DNA of 62,055 nucleotides, counting the filler. It is 14 parts of 14 records of this genome, joined end to end, with 100 filler letters (N's around TTAATTAATTAA, not from the genome) between each part and the next. Parts side by side here need not be neighbours in the genome. Positions count along the whole stretch, not along the records: positions 20,099 to 23,691 come from SRR7504441_31215; positions 23,792 to 27,792 come from SRR7504441_31282; positions 27,893 to 34,077 come from SRR7504441_31286; positions 34,178 to 38,997 come from SRR7504441_31500; 10 more parts are not named here. One strand, 5' to 3'. Numbering within the stretch: position 1 is the first letter of the stretch; the number at the start of each line of letters is the position of its first letter. A program made the translations under genes and the position numbers. Below the pieces are notes generated by a model. The model was not told the origin of the DNA, searched no databases, and saw only the letters and a list, made by a program, of their open reading frames with translations. This document shows positions 23,001 through 34,435 of this stretch, in pieces.

Positions 23001-23682
23001 CGTCCGGGTCGGCCAGTAGCTCTGGCATAAGCCGGGCGAGCGCCTTGTTCACGATCTCGCGGAGCACTTGCTGCCCGACCAGCTGAGGCATCTTGCACCA
23101 CAGGTCCGGATATATCACCTCGCTGAACCCGGCCAGAAGGTAGAACGCGTACGCCTCCTCCTGCTCGCCCAGCTGCAGCTCCCCCGCCGCCTGCGCGTCC
23201 ATTGCCAGTCCGCTCCGGTGGCAGGCGGCTTCGAACAGCAGCGCCGCCGCCACGAAGTTCATTCCCTGCGCGTAGCCCACCCCGGGGTTGTACAAGGCGT
23301 ACGCCCCGAGCACGTTCCGACACGCCTCCCGCCAGCCGCCGGTGACCAGCAGCGAGCGGGCGCCATCAGGGCCCCGGATCAGCACTGAGGTCCGGTCGGC
23401 CAGGTCGCGGTCGATTTGCTGGACGGCGGCCAGCTGCTCGGCCGGCAGCTGCTCGGCCGGCGGCAGCTGGCGCAGCTCCTCCCGGAGCAGCGCGTACCCG
23501 CGCGAGGCCTCCAAGAACACCCGCGAGGCCGCCGGTGGCAGCTCGCGGTCCGGCCGCACCCGGGAGCGCGGGCTGGCGAGCGGGGAGACTTCATCCGGCG
23601 GGCTGGCCAGGGTGGTCGGCGGCTGGTCGGTGGTTATCTCGCGTTCGGCGGCCCGTGAGCAAATGTCGCTGCAGCCCAGCAT
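20099..23682 (-). CDS. TBC (RabGAP) - EF-hand - PH/GRAM - myotubularin-like pseudophosphatase fusion; 3' truncated
   Basis: IDRDLADRT and VGYAQGMNF (TBC); DADGSG, DASGKG, DMDKDE EF loops; LALTNYRL; GWNTYD..DFRRMG, CDTYPSLLVVP, RIPILTY, GFEVLIEKEW..GYPF, FEFDE, SCRFGDFL (myotubularin); joined by introns 22738-22772 (GT) and 22639-22675 (GC). Confidence 0.75.
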
Positions 23683-23691
23683 CGCTTCGTC

Positions 23692-23791
23692 NNNNNNNNN
23701 NNNNNNNNNNNNNNNNNNNNNNNNNNNNNNNNNNNTTAATTAATTAANNNNNNNNNNNNNNNNNNNNNNNNNNNNNNNNNNNNNNNNNNNN
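23692..23791. other. Artificial contig spacer
   Basis: N44-TTAATTAATTAA-N44. Confidence 0.98.
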
Positions 23792-23955
23792 GAGCGGCGC
23801 ATCCGCGGTCTCGGGGGGATAGTCCAACCGTGGGTTGTACGAGTACGATACACAATATAATTCATGTTGGGCCGCAGGGCCTCAAACGTGATGAGTATCT
23901 GCTAACAGCATGCATATATCAATGATATGGATTATACGTGCACACTCTCTCCGGT

Positions 23956-24882
23956 TCACTCTAGGACCAACTTGGGACCGCTGCCTTTAAACGCTTGCAC
24001 CATCAGGCACATGCGTCTACCACGAACGCGATTTTCGGACACAACATACCTCTTATCGAGCCGAATCCGGCGGGCTTGAGTATCAATACTCACACCCGAA
24101 AAGTCAATTGTCTCCGCTTGCTCAAACCCATTACGGCGCCAAAGTGCATCGTAGTCGTCCAGACCGCTCTTAAACGCGACTCCATGGAACGACATGCCTG
24201 ACCACCAATAGAGTCAAGCCCTGCTGTCCACGCCCCAGCACCCTGGGCGACTGACGAGCGTGAAAAGCCGTCCAACCATAGCCCACTGCCTTCAGCTGAG
24301 AGATGGCCAATCTCCTCCGCTAGCTGGACCATCTCCTCACGTGTCAGGTACGGGGCCAGGCCCTCCATGAGCCAGGTGGTCGGCTGCGATGGATCAAACC
24401 CTGCCGAGCGCAGCCCAGCGGCAAGGGACATCGCGCCGATCCGGCCGACAACTAGCCGCCTTGCCTTGGCCTGCACCGGCACGTCGGCCACCAGCGGCTC
24501 TTTCCAGTCGAACAGATCTTGCTGGTCCAGCTCGTAAAAGGTCGTATCCCACAGGCCCATCCTGACCACCGACAGAGTCAAGCACTGCCGCCCACCAAAA
24601 GCACCTGAACGCACGCGAGTCGAGCCCAGCGCCCAGGACGACAACCTGCCGCGTACCGTTCTGGTGCTGCCGCAAAACCAGCTCATCCCCGATCAGAGCG
24701 CGCATCGTCATGTACTCGACGTTGGCCGCCGCCCCGTCGAGCAGCTGGGTCTCGTCCGCCAATAGCTTCCGGGCCAGCGGGTCCTGGATCAGGGACTCCG
24801 GCCGGCCGAACGCGATGGCGCGGGCAGCTGCGATGGGCAGCGCGGTGTAGGCGTGTCGGTCCATCCCGAGGCCGGAAGCCAT
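23956..24882 (-). CDS. SAM-dependent methyltransferase, LCM/YktD(ML2640)-like, 2 introns
   Basis: TALPIAAARA, IQDPLARKL, RQVVVLGAGLDSRAFR, FYELDQ, GFDPSQPTTWLMEGLAPYL. Confidence 0.85.
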
Positions 24883-24999
24883 GGAGCAGACCAGCAGCAG
24901 TGGCCCGGGGAGCATCCCGACGACTGCTGGGCCTCATCGACAAAGACCAAGCTAAGGGATCCCGAGTATTTTATTTTATTTTTTTATCTGCCTGTCGCG

Positions 25000-27566
25000 A
25001 TGCCTGCTGGCCTCGGGCTCGGGCGGCTCACCTGCTCGCTGCTGCTGTTGGCCCCATGGGCGGCCCAGTCCGCCGGCCCGGGCGCCCGCCGGCTGCTCGG
25101 GGCGCTCAACCCCACCACCCCGATGGAGCGGCGCAAGTGCGGCGAGGTGTCCCGGCACAACAGCTGCCCCTGGCTCTCCGGCCCGTACGCTTGTCCGGCT
25201 CCGGCAGGGAGCCAGTACAGCACGCTGGTGTTCGTGGGCACTAGCGACGGCCGGGTGGTGGCGGTGAGGGCCGGACAGGGCTCGGCCTCCGTGGCAGACT
25301 CGCTGGTGATTGGGGGGCATCCTGTGTTCGCTCGGCCGACCGCGGACGCCAACGGCTGCGGGCGGCTGTACGTTGCGGACGAGGCCGGCCAAGTGGTGCT
25401 ACTCGATACTACCGGTATACTGACCGGGAGCGGGGGATTCAAACGGACGCGCCATATTAACCTGGGCGGCGGGGTCTTCTCCCCGGTGACGGTACACGAC
25501 CGGGGCAACTGCACGCCGTCCTGGGCCCGTGGGCAGGCGTGCGGCAACGCCAAGTTCACCGGGCAAACCGCGCCCGGCGCGAGCGGGTACTCGGGTGATG
25601 TGGTGTATGTGACGGCGATGGACGGAATCGGGGGGTACATGATGACTGGTGACTTGAGCCAGATCATGACTGCAATATACTTTTACCAGTGTGGGAACGT
25701 GGACACGGAGGACTGCGACTCGCTCGGGAATGGGATCCAGGGCGGGTTTGATCGCTACCACTCTTTCGCCACCATAGCCACCGAGAGCTCGTACCAGCTG
25801 ATCAATACTCAGCTGATGAACAGCAACAGCTCGGCCAAGTGGAATCCGACCATGGAAAGCGAGGGCAGCTGGTCAGTTGTTTTGGGCTCGGCTGATTCGC
25901 TGAGCTGGCGGGACAGGTGCGGGACTAAAAATGCGTGCGTCTCAGCATGTCCCGATCCACAGATGACCACGGCATCCGTGGCGGGCAATGCGTCGTACGT
26001 GTACCAGCCGATCGAGGCGGTCGGGCCTGTGCTGGGCACGGCTGTCGTCGAAGGGTGTCTTGGTGTGCCTGCAGATGCTGAGCTAGGCCAGGTTCGGTAG
26101 CTGCACAAGTCCAACCGGGCAGCCCGGCGAGTGTTCAAGCTACAGGAGCTTCCAGGTGTCCAGTTTCTCCGAGGGCTGCCTGATGCCCCAGTTCGTGGTC
26201 GACGGCGTGACTTACCAGCCGCCTTGCCCGGATCCGAGCTCGCTAGAGGTGGCTGGCTGGCAGGTTGAGAGCTGACCGTTGCTGGCAGAGAATGAGGACG
26301 GGCGTGATCTCGTTTGGTCTGGACCCGATCAGCGGCGTCTCGACCGAGTCCCCGCAGTGTCAGAATCAAGATGCATGGCTGCTCGAGACCGGATCGTCAT
26401 CGTTCTCATCGCCGCAGCGGGTCACCACTGGAGGTAAGAATATGCTGCTGGTTGGGCTGGAGAACAATCGCTTGCTGTGCATCCCGCTGAATGCCAGCTC
26501 AGCCCCCAGCTCAGCTCCAAGCGCGTCCGGATTTCCGACAGTTTCGCAGGCCACAGGCTGCTCATATGACCAGCTACCTTGGCCCCAGAGCGGGAAGGGC
26601 AACAAAGTCCATGTAGTCAAGGCGCCTTGTCATTGCAGCGGCTGGCCAGCGAATGGGTACGATGCTGGTGGCAAGGTGTGCCACCCGCTGGCTGCAGCGT
26701 GCCAACTGTAGCCACAGGTGCGGTCAGATGCGGTGTTTGGGCCTCCAAGCTCTGGGTCCAGCCCAGATACCGCCTTCATAGTCAGTTATGACGGCACTCT
26801 GCATGCTGTCGAGCTGGCTGATGGCTCTGCTCGTTGCTCGGCCTCGCTCAAAGGCCACTCGTGGGCGACTCCAATGATTGTCCCTAGTGGATCAGACTAT
26901 GAGGTCATAGTGAGCGACTCAGCAGGGTATGTGTATGGTTTCAGAGGCAGCGACTGCAAGCTGCAGTGGTCTCTACTCGTGAATGACCCTGGGCCACTAG
27001 CCGGTGACTGGGCTACCTCGTTATGATTGGTGAGCCCGGCTCTTTTTTATGCAGGCAGCTTTGAGGTGCTAGCAATCGTGCTGGTCTGCGGTATTTGCTT
27101 TCTCTTGTCAATCACCATGTGCTGCAAGGTGTGCTGGCCGTGTCTGCCTGCTAGCCATTGTGTCGGCCATTGATCTGTTGTTGTCAGATGCACGAGCCTT
27201 GGAAGCCCCGGAAGCAACTCAACCTAGAAGGGGAGCGGGTGACAGAGCTCGGGCTCAGCCAGCAGTATGTCGGCATGATATTCGTGACCGCTCACTCTGT
27301 GCGTGCGCAGATTGCCGGGCGGATTTATTCCTCCGGAGGTGCAGTCCCTGTTGAGCAACACCGAGCGGGATCTCATCCTCCAGCCCGACATGCGGGACTA
27401 CAACCCATCCTCGAATGGCTCGCCAGCGGCACGGGCACTGCCTGCAGTCCCGTCAAGCGTCACTGAAAGCATCGAAGGCTCAGTTGCACCACACGTTCGC
27501 AATTACACCCTCCCCAAGACCCCAACAAAGACTCCACCGCCACCTCCAGCGCCTGTGTGGCAATAA
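25000..27566 (+). CDS. Type I membrane protein with PQQ-like beta-propeller ectodomain, multi-exon
   Basis: Signal peptide; blades VFVGTSDGRVVAV, LYVADEAGQVVLL, FIVSYDGTLHAVELADG, VIVSDSAGYVYGF; TM segment near 27065-27125; Pro-rich tail. Confidence 0.65.
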
Positions 27567-27792
27567 CGTCAGCCTTGGCCGATTATATTAAACAGACACG
27601 AGTGCTCAGCTTTATTTATATATTGATTATGTAATGACAGTGTAATGATTGGTGCTTCTATGGCGCTTCAAGCTTTGGGCGGGAGGGCTCCATGTGGGCA
27701 CTTGTTCCGACACACCCCCGCCGCCCTTTATTGATATAACTACGCTCAAGTTATAGCTCTAGATAGCTCTAGACGAACCTAAGAAAAGTAGG

Positions 27793-27892
27793 NNNNNNNN
27801 NNNNNNNNNNNNNNNNNNNNNNNNNNNNNNNNNNNNTTAATTAATTAANNNNNNNNNNNNNNNNNNNNNNNNNNNNNNNNNNNNNNNNNNNN
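27793..27892. other. Artificial contig spacer
   Basis: N44-TTAATTAATTAA-N44. Confidence 0.98.
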
Positions 27893-27922
27893 AGGGGGCG
27901 AGCTGCGAAGACGGCCGGTGCA

Positions 27923-28057
27923 AATACACCCGATCGACCCGGTGTATTACGATCGGGTGTAACCCCTTCGGCCCCCCAATTATCATCTTCAAATAGGAGT
28001 CCCATGTTTAGTCGTGTTTGGTTTAACCCCCCCCCTAGGGTCGCTACAGGGTTAAAA
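27923..28057. repeat. Inverted-repeat-rich non-coding segment at contig end
   Basis: TACACCCGATCG (27925-27936) / CGATCGGGTGTA (27950-27961); overlapping AATACACC/GGTGTATT; TTTAACCC...GGGTTAAA. Confidence 0.55.
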
Positions 28058-28242
28058 TACAAAAGGTGTTATGGGGGTTTAATACGTACCAAAAAAGAAA
28101 GAAACTGATCGTTTCGTATCATCACTCCGACTTTACGAGTTCAGACTCACCGGCATTCTGGTAGACGAGTGCACCTACCATACAAGGCATATCTATGTGG
28201 AAGCTGCAAGCTTATGGCGTCTCTCGACTCGGCCGCCTGCAA

Positions 28243-30065
28243 TCACACACAGTGATCTTTGCTCATATGATTAAACACAGGCGCACCTGGAAAGCGGCGG
28301 TTGGTGTTCGCTGAAGCGCCTTGTGTGACGAACCCTCCGATAATCGGACCTGGTGGCAAATATTGTTCTGTGGCCAGATTGCATGCAGATACCAAGTTTG
28401 CCCGAGGTCCAAACCAAGATGTAGACGAGTTAGTCGTGTCGTATTCAATATGGCCTGTCGCCTCTGATGCCTCCGACGGGGTTCCTAAGCGGAGCTGCGT
28501 TAGTGTCCAGCTCTCCTCCACCTCCGACATCTGATCGCATATCTGCCCATTCCTAAGCCCCAAACCTCCGTCGGGCGGTGCCTGCGGCCACAGGGCCTGA
28601 GATTTCCGCACAACGAACAGATGTGCTTCCCGTTTCCCTCGGGGTGACTCGTCCACGACCAGCCAACGGACTTCCAACTGCCAAGCGCTCATCCCCAGGC
28701 CTACAAGCTCGAGGTGCCTCGATGAACTCGGCAGCTTGACTCTCCCACCTGCCCACAGCTGCTCTAAACAATGAGCAAGAGGCGGCCTACCCGTCTGGCA
28801 TCATTATCACCAGATCCACCCAGCTCTCCCGCACGCTCGTCTCGAGCTCGGCTACCTCAATCGGCTCGAGCGCGGCTGCGCCTCCGGGCGAGATGTTGAT
28901 GGTTACAGCAGGCTCGTTTGTAAAGTCCTGCGTGAAGAGGATTCTGCGAGGGTAGTCTACGGCCATTTGTCCCAACTCAGCGGCCATCTGTGCCTCTCTG
29001 ATGAGCCATGCACCTCACCCAGCCTACCTCGGGAGCATAGGTGAACAGCCCCGTCGCCCCTTTGGCCACAAAATCACCCAAAACCACCACTCCCTCTTCT
29101 TCTAAAACCCGGCCCGCTGCAAGCACGTAATCAGCAGGCCCACTGGGCCCGGCCACCAGCTGTAGCCACGGCCGCGCAAAGCTCCTCATCGGGCGCGTCC
29201 TCCGGCTCGAAACCGCCCGTGGCCGGTGTCTGGTTCCTTCTGTTGAACCTGCCACGCGAGCTGAAATCCGGGTGCTGCTTTGACTAGTCACCAGAACCCG
29301 AAGCTGCGGATCTCGAGATTTCCGCTCCGGTGATACAGCCCGTACTCGTCCTCCTGGGGCTCCCAACCGGCTGGTAGCAACGGATGCGACTGTGCGACTA
29401 CCTGCACTGAGTGTGAGCATGGCTCGGAGCGCATGATGCCTGCGGGGCGCACGGCTCGCCGTCATGCGTCAGGAACTTCATATCCACGAGTAAAATCACC
29501 ACTCGGAGTGCGCTGGCCGCCTCGAGCACCCAGTGCGGGCACTGCTGGGTGAAGACATTCTGCTTGTGAAATATGTCCACCGACTGCTCGTCGACGAACC
29601 CGCCAACCGAGAGCATCAACAGCCCGGCCGACAGCTGCTCTAGGAACTGGACGCAGCGGTCCCGGCTGGCCGCGTAGGCCTGCCATGGCCCTGTGGCCGC
29701 TGGCTGGCCCACGGGCTTCCGCCTGAACAGGTACTGTCGGCCCAACACGGTCTGCTGGGCGGCCCACGGGTCGGCGTCCATGGTAGCCACCCGGGTGAGG
29801 TGCTGTCCCAGCACTGAGTGGGCTGTGCTGTGCTTACACCAGCCCGCCCACGAGCCGTCCTGCGCTGCTGCCTCCAGCCAGCCGGCATCGCCCTCGCGCG
29901 TCACACGGAACACACTCCCCACGCTGAGCCGGGCGACCACCGGCGCATCGACCGTCGCTTCCTCGCGCACCCTGTCCGGCCGCTGGGCGCCGCGCGCAGC
30001 CGGGGCTACCGCCACTCGGTGATCCCGTCCGTGTTGGGCGGGAACTCCCAGAGCTCGTCCTCCAT
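28243..30065 (-). CDS. Hypothetical multi-exon protein with N-terminal bacterial-type SH3 (SH3b-like) domain; downstream exon structure uncertain
   Basis: Spliced MEDELWEFPPNTDGITEWRVREEATVDAPVVARLSVGSVFRVTREGDAGWLE...GWCK. Confidence 0.45.
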
Positions 30066-30333
30066 CCCGCAGGTGCACGTTGACTGAACGTGCTTTTGAG
30101 CCAATCTCAGGTCAGGGGACCCGGGGGACCCGTGTTCAAGGGGAGCGTCACGCGGCGGCGAGGCTTGTTAATATGAGAGCGCGAAAGAAGTGCAGTACGT
30201 CAATCATTCTTCAATAGATCCATGGTAACAATAATCTAAAAGCGCACAAAGAGTGCCAAAGTTTCCGCCACACACAACCAACATATTCGTAATCCTCCGG
30301 ACACATGGTCACCCGGTCCGTGGAGGGCAGATC

Positions 30334-31398
30334 TCAATCGTAGTGCGGCCGACCTTGGCGCAGCCGACCAGGCCGCCGACCTTGCTGGCCCTCGAGCCGC
30401 GCTTGCTGACTCTTGGCCAGCATGTACAGCCCTCCGCCCACCGTGGCGGCCGTCCCTGCATACATAGAGAAGATGATGCCGGCAACCATCGATCCGGCCG
30501 CGAAGAATGCCACAAAGAAGAACAGCCCCCCAGTGAAAGCATCGGGCTCATACGAAAGTACGAGCGAGAACAGCGAGAAAACGAAATAGATGAAGGAGAA
30601 GACGAACCCGATCGTGAAATTCATCAGAATCCGTCCCACAAACTGCAGGATCACGATCAGGATGTGCGCGTCTTGATCCCGGCGCCCGCCCATCATCGAA
30701 CCCATCCCGAAGAACATCGCGTCCCACCAGCTCATCCGCTTCGCCATCGCCTTCCCGTCTTCGATCGCCTTCCAGAACGAAGCACGAGCCTCGCCGACGC
30801 CGTACTCGGACCAGAGCCCGACCGTCCGCTTGGCCTCGCGCACCAGCCCCTGCCGCTCGCCGTTGTGCTTGTCGAATGTCTTTTGCGCAGCGTCCACCTC
30901 AACCTGCTTGCGACCCACCTTGGCCCGCGAGTCTGCCGAAAGCCGCCAGAGCGACGTGATGCCCTTGAGATCGCCGAGCTGACGCCGGGCGACCATCAGC
31001 TCGCTTTCGGCCTCGATCGCGGCGCGCATGGTCCCAGCCTTGGCCAGGAGATGCTCATAGTGGTCCTGAGCCTCGGGAGATGCTTCCAGCGGCGGGGGGG
31101 CGTAGAGCATGATCAGCACGCCGAGCAGCCAGGTGCACAGGAAGAGCATCCTCTTGGGGGTCAGCCGGGGCAGGAACATCCCGATCGAGGGCTCGAACTC
31201 TGGGGCGGGCCGGGTGGCCACCTGTTGGTCAGGCCCCGCCTGCCGCAAGTTGGCCGGCTTGACTTTGAGCTGGGTCCCGTCCTTGAGACGTACCGGCACC
31301 CGGCCCGAGCTCGGGTCCGGCCCGCCCAACACCTCCACCACCGACCCGTTCAGCTCCGGACGGCCGGTCAGCCCGTCGAGGGTGGCGCTCGCTGACAT
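30334..31398 (-). CDS. Multi-pass membrane protein with small N-terminal SH3-like domain, intronless
   Basis: LDGLTGRPELNG...GRVPVRL...LKVKPANL; TM, coiled coil, then 3-4 TM helices. Confidence 0.7.
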   Translation of the reverse strand: MSASATLDGLTGRPELNGSVVEVLGGPDPSSGRVPVRLKDGTQLKVKPANLRQAGPDQQVATRPAPEFEPSIGMFLPRLTPKRMLFLCTWLLGVLIMLYAPPPLEASPEAQDHYEHLLAKAGTMRAAIEAESELMVARRQLGDLKGITSLWRLSADSRAKVGRKQVEVDAAQKTFDKHNGERQGLVREAKRTVGLWSEYGVGEARASFWKAIEDGKAMAKRMSWWDAMFFGMGSMMGGRRDQDAHILIVILQFVGRILMNFTIGFVFSFIYFVFSLFSLVLSYEPDAFTGGLFFFVAFFAAGSMVAGIIFSMYAGTAATVGGGLYMLAKSQQARLEGQQGRRPGRLRQGRPHYD

Positions 31399-31472
31399 TG
31401 TCTCCACCGGGCGCTGCTCGCCAACGGCATTTGCATTTCGATGATCATGCAGTGTCAGCAGCGAGAGAGCAG
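31399..31472. promoter_or_regulatory. 74-bp bidirectional promoter with CAACGG (31422-31427)
   Basis: Between ATGs at 31398(-) and 31473(+). Confidence 0.55.
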
Positions 31473-33710
31473 ATGAAGTGGGGCGCTGTGCTGGCGCTGC
31501 TTTGCTGTGCAGCCTTGCAGGCGGCCGCAGACCCTCCCCGTCCTGATATCCGTCGGGTGCACGTGGTCGCGATGAACCACCTGGACGTCGGCTTCTCGTG
31601 CCCGGGCTGCGGCCCACGCCAGGCCCGAGACCCATACACCTGGACCCTGCTGAACCTGTACCTCAACCAGTACCTGCCCGGCGCCGCCAACACCAGCGCG
31701 GCCACCAACGGAAGCTACGTCTACACCACGCACTGCTGGCTGATCTCCTTCTTCTTCGATTGCCCCAGGCGCCGCCCAGCTTTCCCGATCGAATGCCCGT
31801 CCAGCCAGGCGGTCAGCTCGGTCACCGCTGCTATCCGGCGCGGCTGGCTCAGCTGGCACGCATTCCCGTTCAACGGCGAGCCTGAGGCCCTGGACGCCCG
31901 GCTGTTCGGAGACGGGCTTGGCCTCTGCCACGCGCTGGACGACCGGTTCCGCCAGCCCCGGTCGGCGGTACTCTCTCAGAGGGACGTGCCTGGGCTGACG
32001 CGGGCCGTGATCCCGCTGCTGGTCGAGCGGGGCGTCAGAGCGGTGAGCGTGGGCGCCAACACATTCTCCGCGTCGGCGGACGTGCCCGCGATATACCGAT
32101 GGCGTGATCCAGTCAGCAATGCGTCGCTGGTCGCGCTGCAGCATCCCGGCGGCTACGGGGACGGAGCCACTGTGATCGCGCCCGGCAGCGAGCATGCGTT
32201 GCACTTGATGTTCAACGGCGATAATGCGGGCGGGCATACTCCTACCCAGGTGCGGAGCAGGCACGCAATGCTCGGCACCCAATTCCCGAACGCGCAGATT
32301 GTCGGGGCGACATGGACCAATTACATCTCTGCAATCGAGGCCGACGGCTCCAGTGCAAGACTGCCCAAGGTGTCAAAGGAAGAAGGCGACACCTGGATCT
32401 ACGGTGTGCAACAAGATGCGTACAAAACCGCTGCGCTGCGGGCGATCATGCGTGCGCGCCGAGCATGTATTGCAAGGCTTGGTGAACAGCTCTGTGGCGG
32501 CAATGCCAGCACAGCGCTCCGTAATTCGACTCGGTTCGCGTTGAAATTGGCCGAGCATACCTGGGGCTTCGGTTGGGCCTATATGGATGAGATCCACTAC
32601 ACGAATGACGATCTGGCTTATGCTCTAGAGCACGTGAATGGGTTTTCTCAGGTGGTGGACGGTTGGATCGAGCAGCGAGCATATGTCAACCATACTGTCG
32701 ACGCGCTGGCGGCTGCGGACAGCGAGGATGCGGGCGCGGCGGCCCTGCTGGGGATGATTCAGGATGAGCTGGCCGAACTCCGACCGAGCGAGCCAATCCT
32801 GGAAGGCTGGACAGAGATTGAGCCGACTCGCCCGGTCACAGACCTACCTCAGTTCAGGGCTGTTGCGTGGAATGCGTCGGCAGGCGGAATCAGCGCATTG
32901 GTGAGCCGCACAGGGCATGACTTTGTTCACGGCCGCAGCTTTGCTCAGTACCAGTACCAAACTCTCGACGAGACTGACTTTTGGGTGTTCATGAATGAAA
33001 CACTCAAGGTACAGCGTGATGTTGCGTTCGGAAAGAGAAACTTAACTGCGAATGCCAATGTCACGAGCGGCTTCTGGGTCGGAAAGCTCCAAACTGCCTA
33101 TCGGAAATCGAGCTCTGAGGTCGACAGCTTCCTCCAACAGATCCAGCTCGACAGCCACCTGCACCGCTACTATGGAGCCCCGACTCACGTCTGGACACTA
33201 TTCGAGTTTTCGAGATCCTCTCCGCTAGTCAATGTGTCGGTTATGGTTTTCAATAAGGCTAGGACGCGCCTCCCCGAGGCTCACTGGGTAGATTTCGAGG
33301 TCTTGGTGCCAACTGTTGCTGCGCAGAGCGACAACCCGGCAGCTCTTAAGTGCGACTCCTGGACAGTAGCCAAGCTAGGGTCGACCTTCTGTGCCACCGA
33401 CGTCAGTCTTTTTGGCTCGACCCACATCCATGCTGTCAGTGACGCCGATACAACCCAAGGAAGCTTGGCAATCTCGAGTGAGAGCACTGAATTCCGGCTG
33501 ACAACGCGGGATGCAGCGTTAGTATCGCTGGAATACAAGACTGCCTTCCCAAACCCCGTGCACAAAACCTTGGACACTGGAGTCAAAGCCTCCAGTGCCT
33601 ACTGCAATTTGTACAACAATTTTTGGACAACAAACTATCCAAACTGGCAACCATTTGCGACTAACGAAGAAAATTTACGCTTTCGTTTCGAACTCCGCTT
33701 CGGGGGATGA
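31473..33710 (+). CDS. Secreted GH38-like / DUF5054-type glycoside hydrolase, intronless
   Basis: Signal peptide MKWGAVLALLCCAALQA; HVVAMNHLDVGF, WHAFPFN, SQRDVPGLTR, EEGDTWIYG, EHTWG, NLYNNFWTTNYP.W. Confidence 0.75.
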   Translation: MKWGAVLALLCCAALQAAADPPRPDIRRVHVVAMNHLDVGFSCPGCGPRQARDPYTWTLLNLYLNQYLPGAANTSAATNGSYVYTTHCWLISFFFDCPRRRPAFPIECPSSQAVSSVTAAIRRGWLSWHAFPFNGEPEALDARLFGDGLGLCHALDDRFRQPRSAVLSQRDVPGLTRAVIPLLVERGVRAVSVGANTFSASADVPAIYRWRDPVSNASLVALQHPGGYGDGATVIAPGSEHALHLMFNGDNAGGHTPTQVRSRHAMLGTQFPNAQIVGATWTNYISAIEADGSSARLPKVSKEEGDTWIYGVQQDAYKTAALRAIMRARRACIARLGEQLCGGNASTALRNSTRFALKLAEHTWGFGWAYMDEIHYTNDDLAYALEHVNGFSQVVDGWIEQRAYVNHTVDALAAADSEDAGAAALLGMIQDELAELRPSEPILEGWTEIEPTRPVTDLPQFRAVAWNASAGGISALVSRTGHDFVHGRSFAQYQYQTLDETDFWVFMNETLKVQRDVAFGKRNLTANANVTSGFWVGKLQTAYRKSSSEVDSFLQQIQLDSHLHRYYGAPTHVWTLFEFSRSSPLVNVSVMVFNKARTRLPEAHWVDFEVLVPTVAAQSDNPAALKCDSWTVAKLGSTFCATDVSLFGSTHIHAVSDADTTQGSLAISSESTEFRLTTRDAALVSLEYKTAFPNPVHKTLDTGVKASSAYCNLYNNFWTTNYPNWQPFATNEENLRFRFELRFGG

Positions 33711-34077
33711 ATTCGAATTTGTTAAATGCATCTAATACTTGGATAATCATAGCTGGCTAACGTTAGCTACTCTACCCTAACACAGCCTAAAGTATCCAAC
33801 CTGCGCAGCGATTGACGATTGTACACGATAGCACCGTCGCATCAGCCGGTTAGGCAGCAATTCGTGCTCATCGTGCGTCAGATCAACGGCTTTGTTCCAA
33901 GGGTGGCGTTGGGGCACTTTCATGTCAATGGCCGAGGCCATCTTCGATGCCTTGGACGTCAAACCGCGCGACGGTGCTAGCCCCAGGGTCCGCCCAGGTG
34001 CTAATGATGAGCGGCCACAGGCGTGCTCAGTCTGGAGGAGCTGCAGAAGGGGCTGGCCGGCTCCGGGCTGACCGATG

Positions 34078-34177
34078 NNNNNNNNNNNNNNNNNNNNNNN
34101 NNNNNNNNNNNNNNNNNNNNNTTAATTAATTAANNNNNNNNNNNNNNNNNNNNNNNNNNNNNNNNNNNNNNNNNNNN
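34078..34177. other. Artificial contig spacer
   Basis: N44-TTAATTAATTAA-N44. Confidence 0.98.
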
Positions 34178-34435
34178 CCCGCGGCCCGGGATGGAAATCA
34201 TCATGCTCGGCCACCCGCGGTCTCCAGTCCCAACAACCGAGGAACAGACCCAGCCAGCGCCGCCAAGCAGCAACGCTGAGGACGAAGGCGACACATGTGA
34301 TACGAGTATGAGTATATGATTGTTGTATGATTGTAGAGCTTGCAAGGCCGTACCATGCATTATAATTATATCACAGATCACTAATCACTCCCCGATACAT
34401 GTAGTGACTGTGTGACAGTTATTAGTGTACATTAG

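Noticed and set aside
30253-31395. Long antisense or alternate-frame ORFs (also 7294..8388, 49010..49744, 59381..60187)
   Set aside because: Shadow ORFs of GC3-rich genes on the opposite strand
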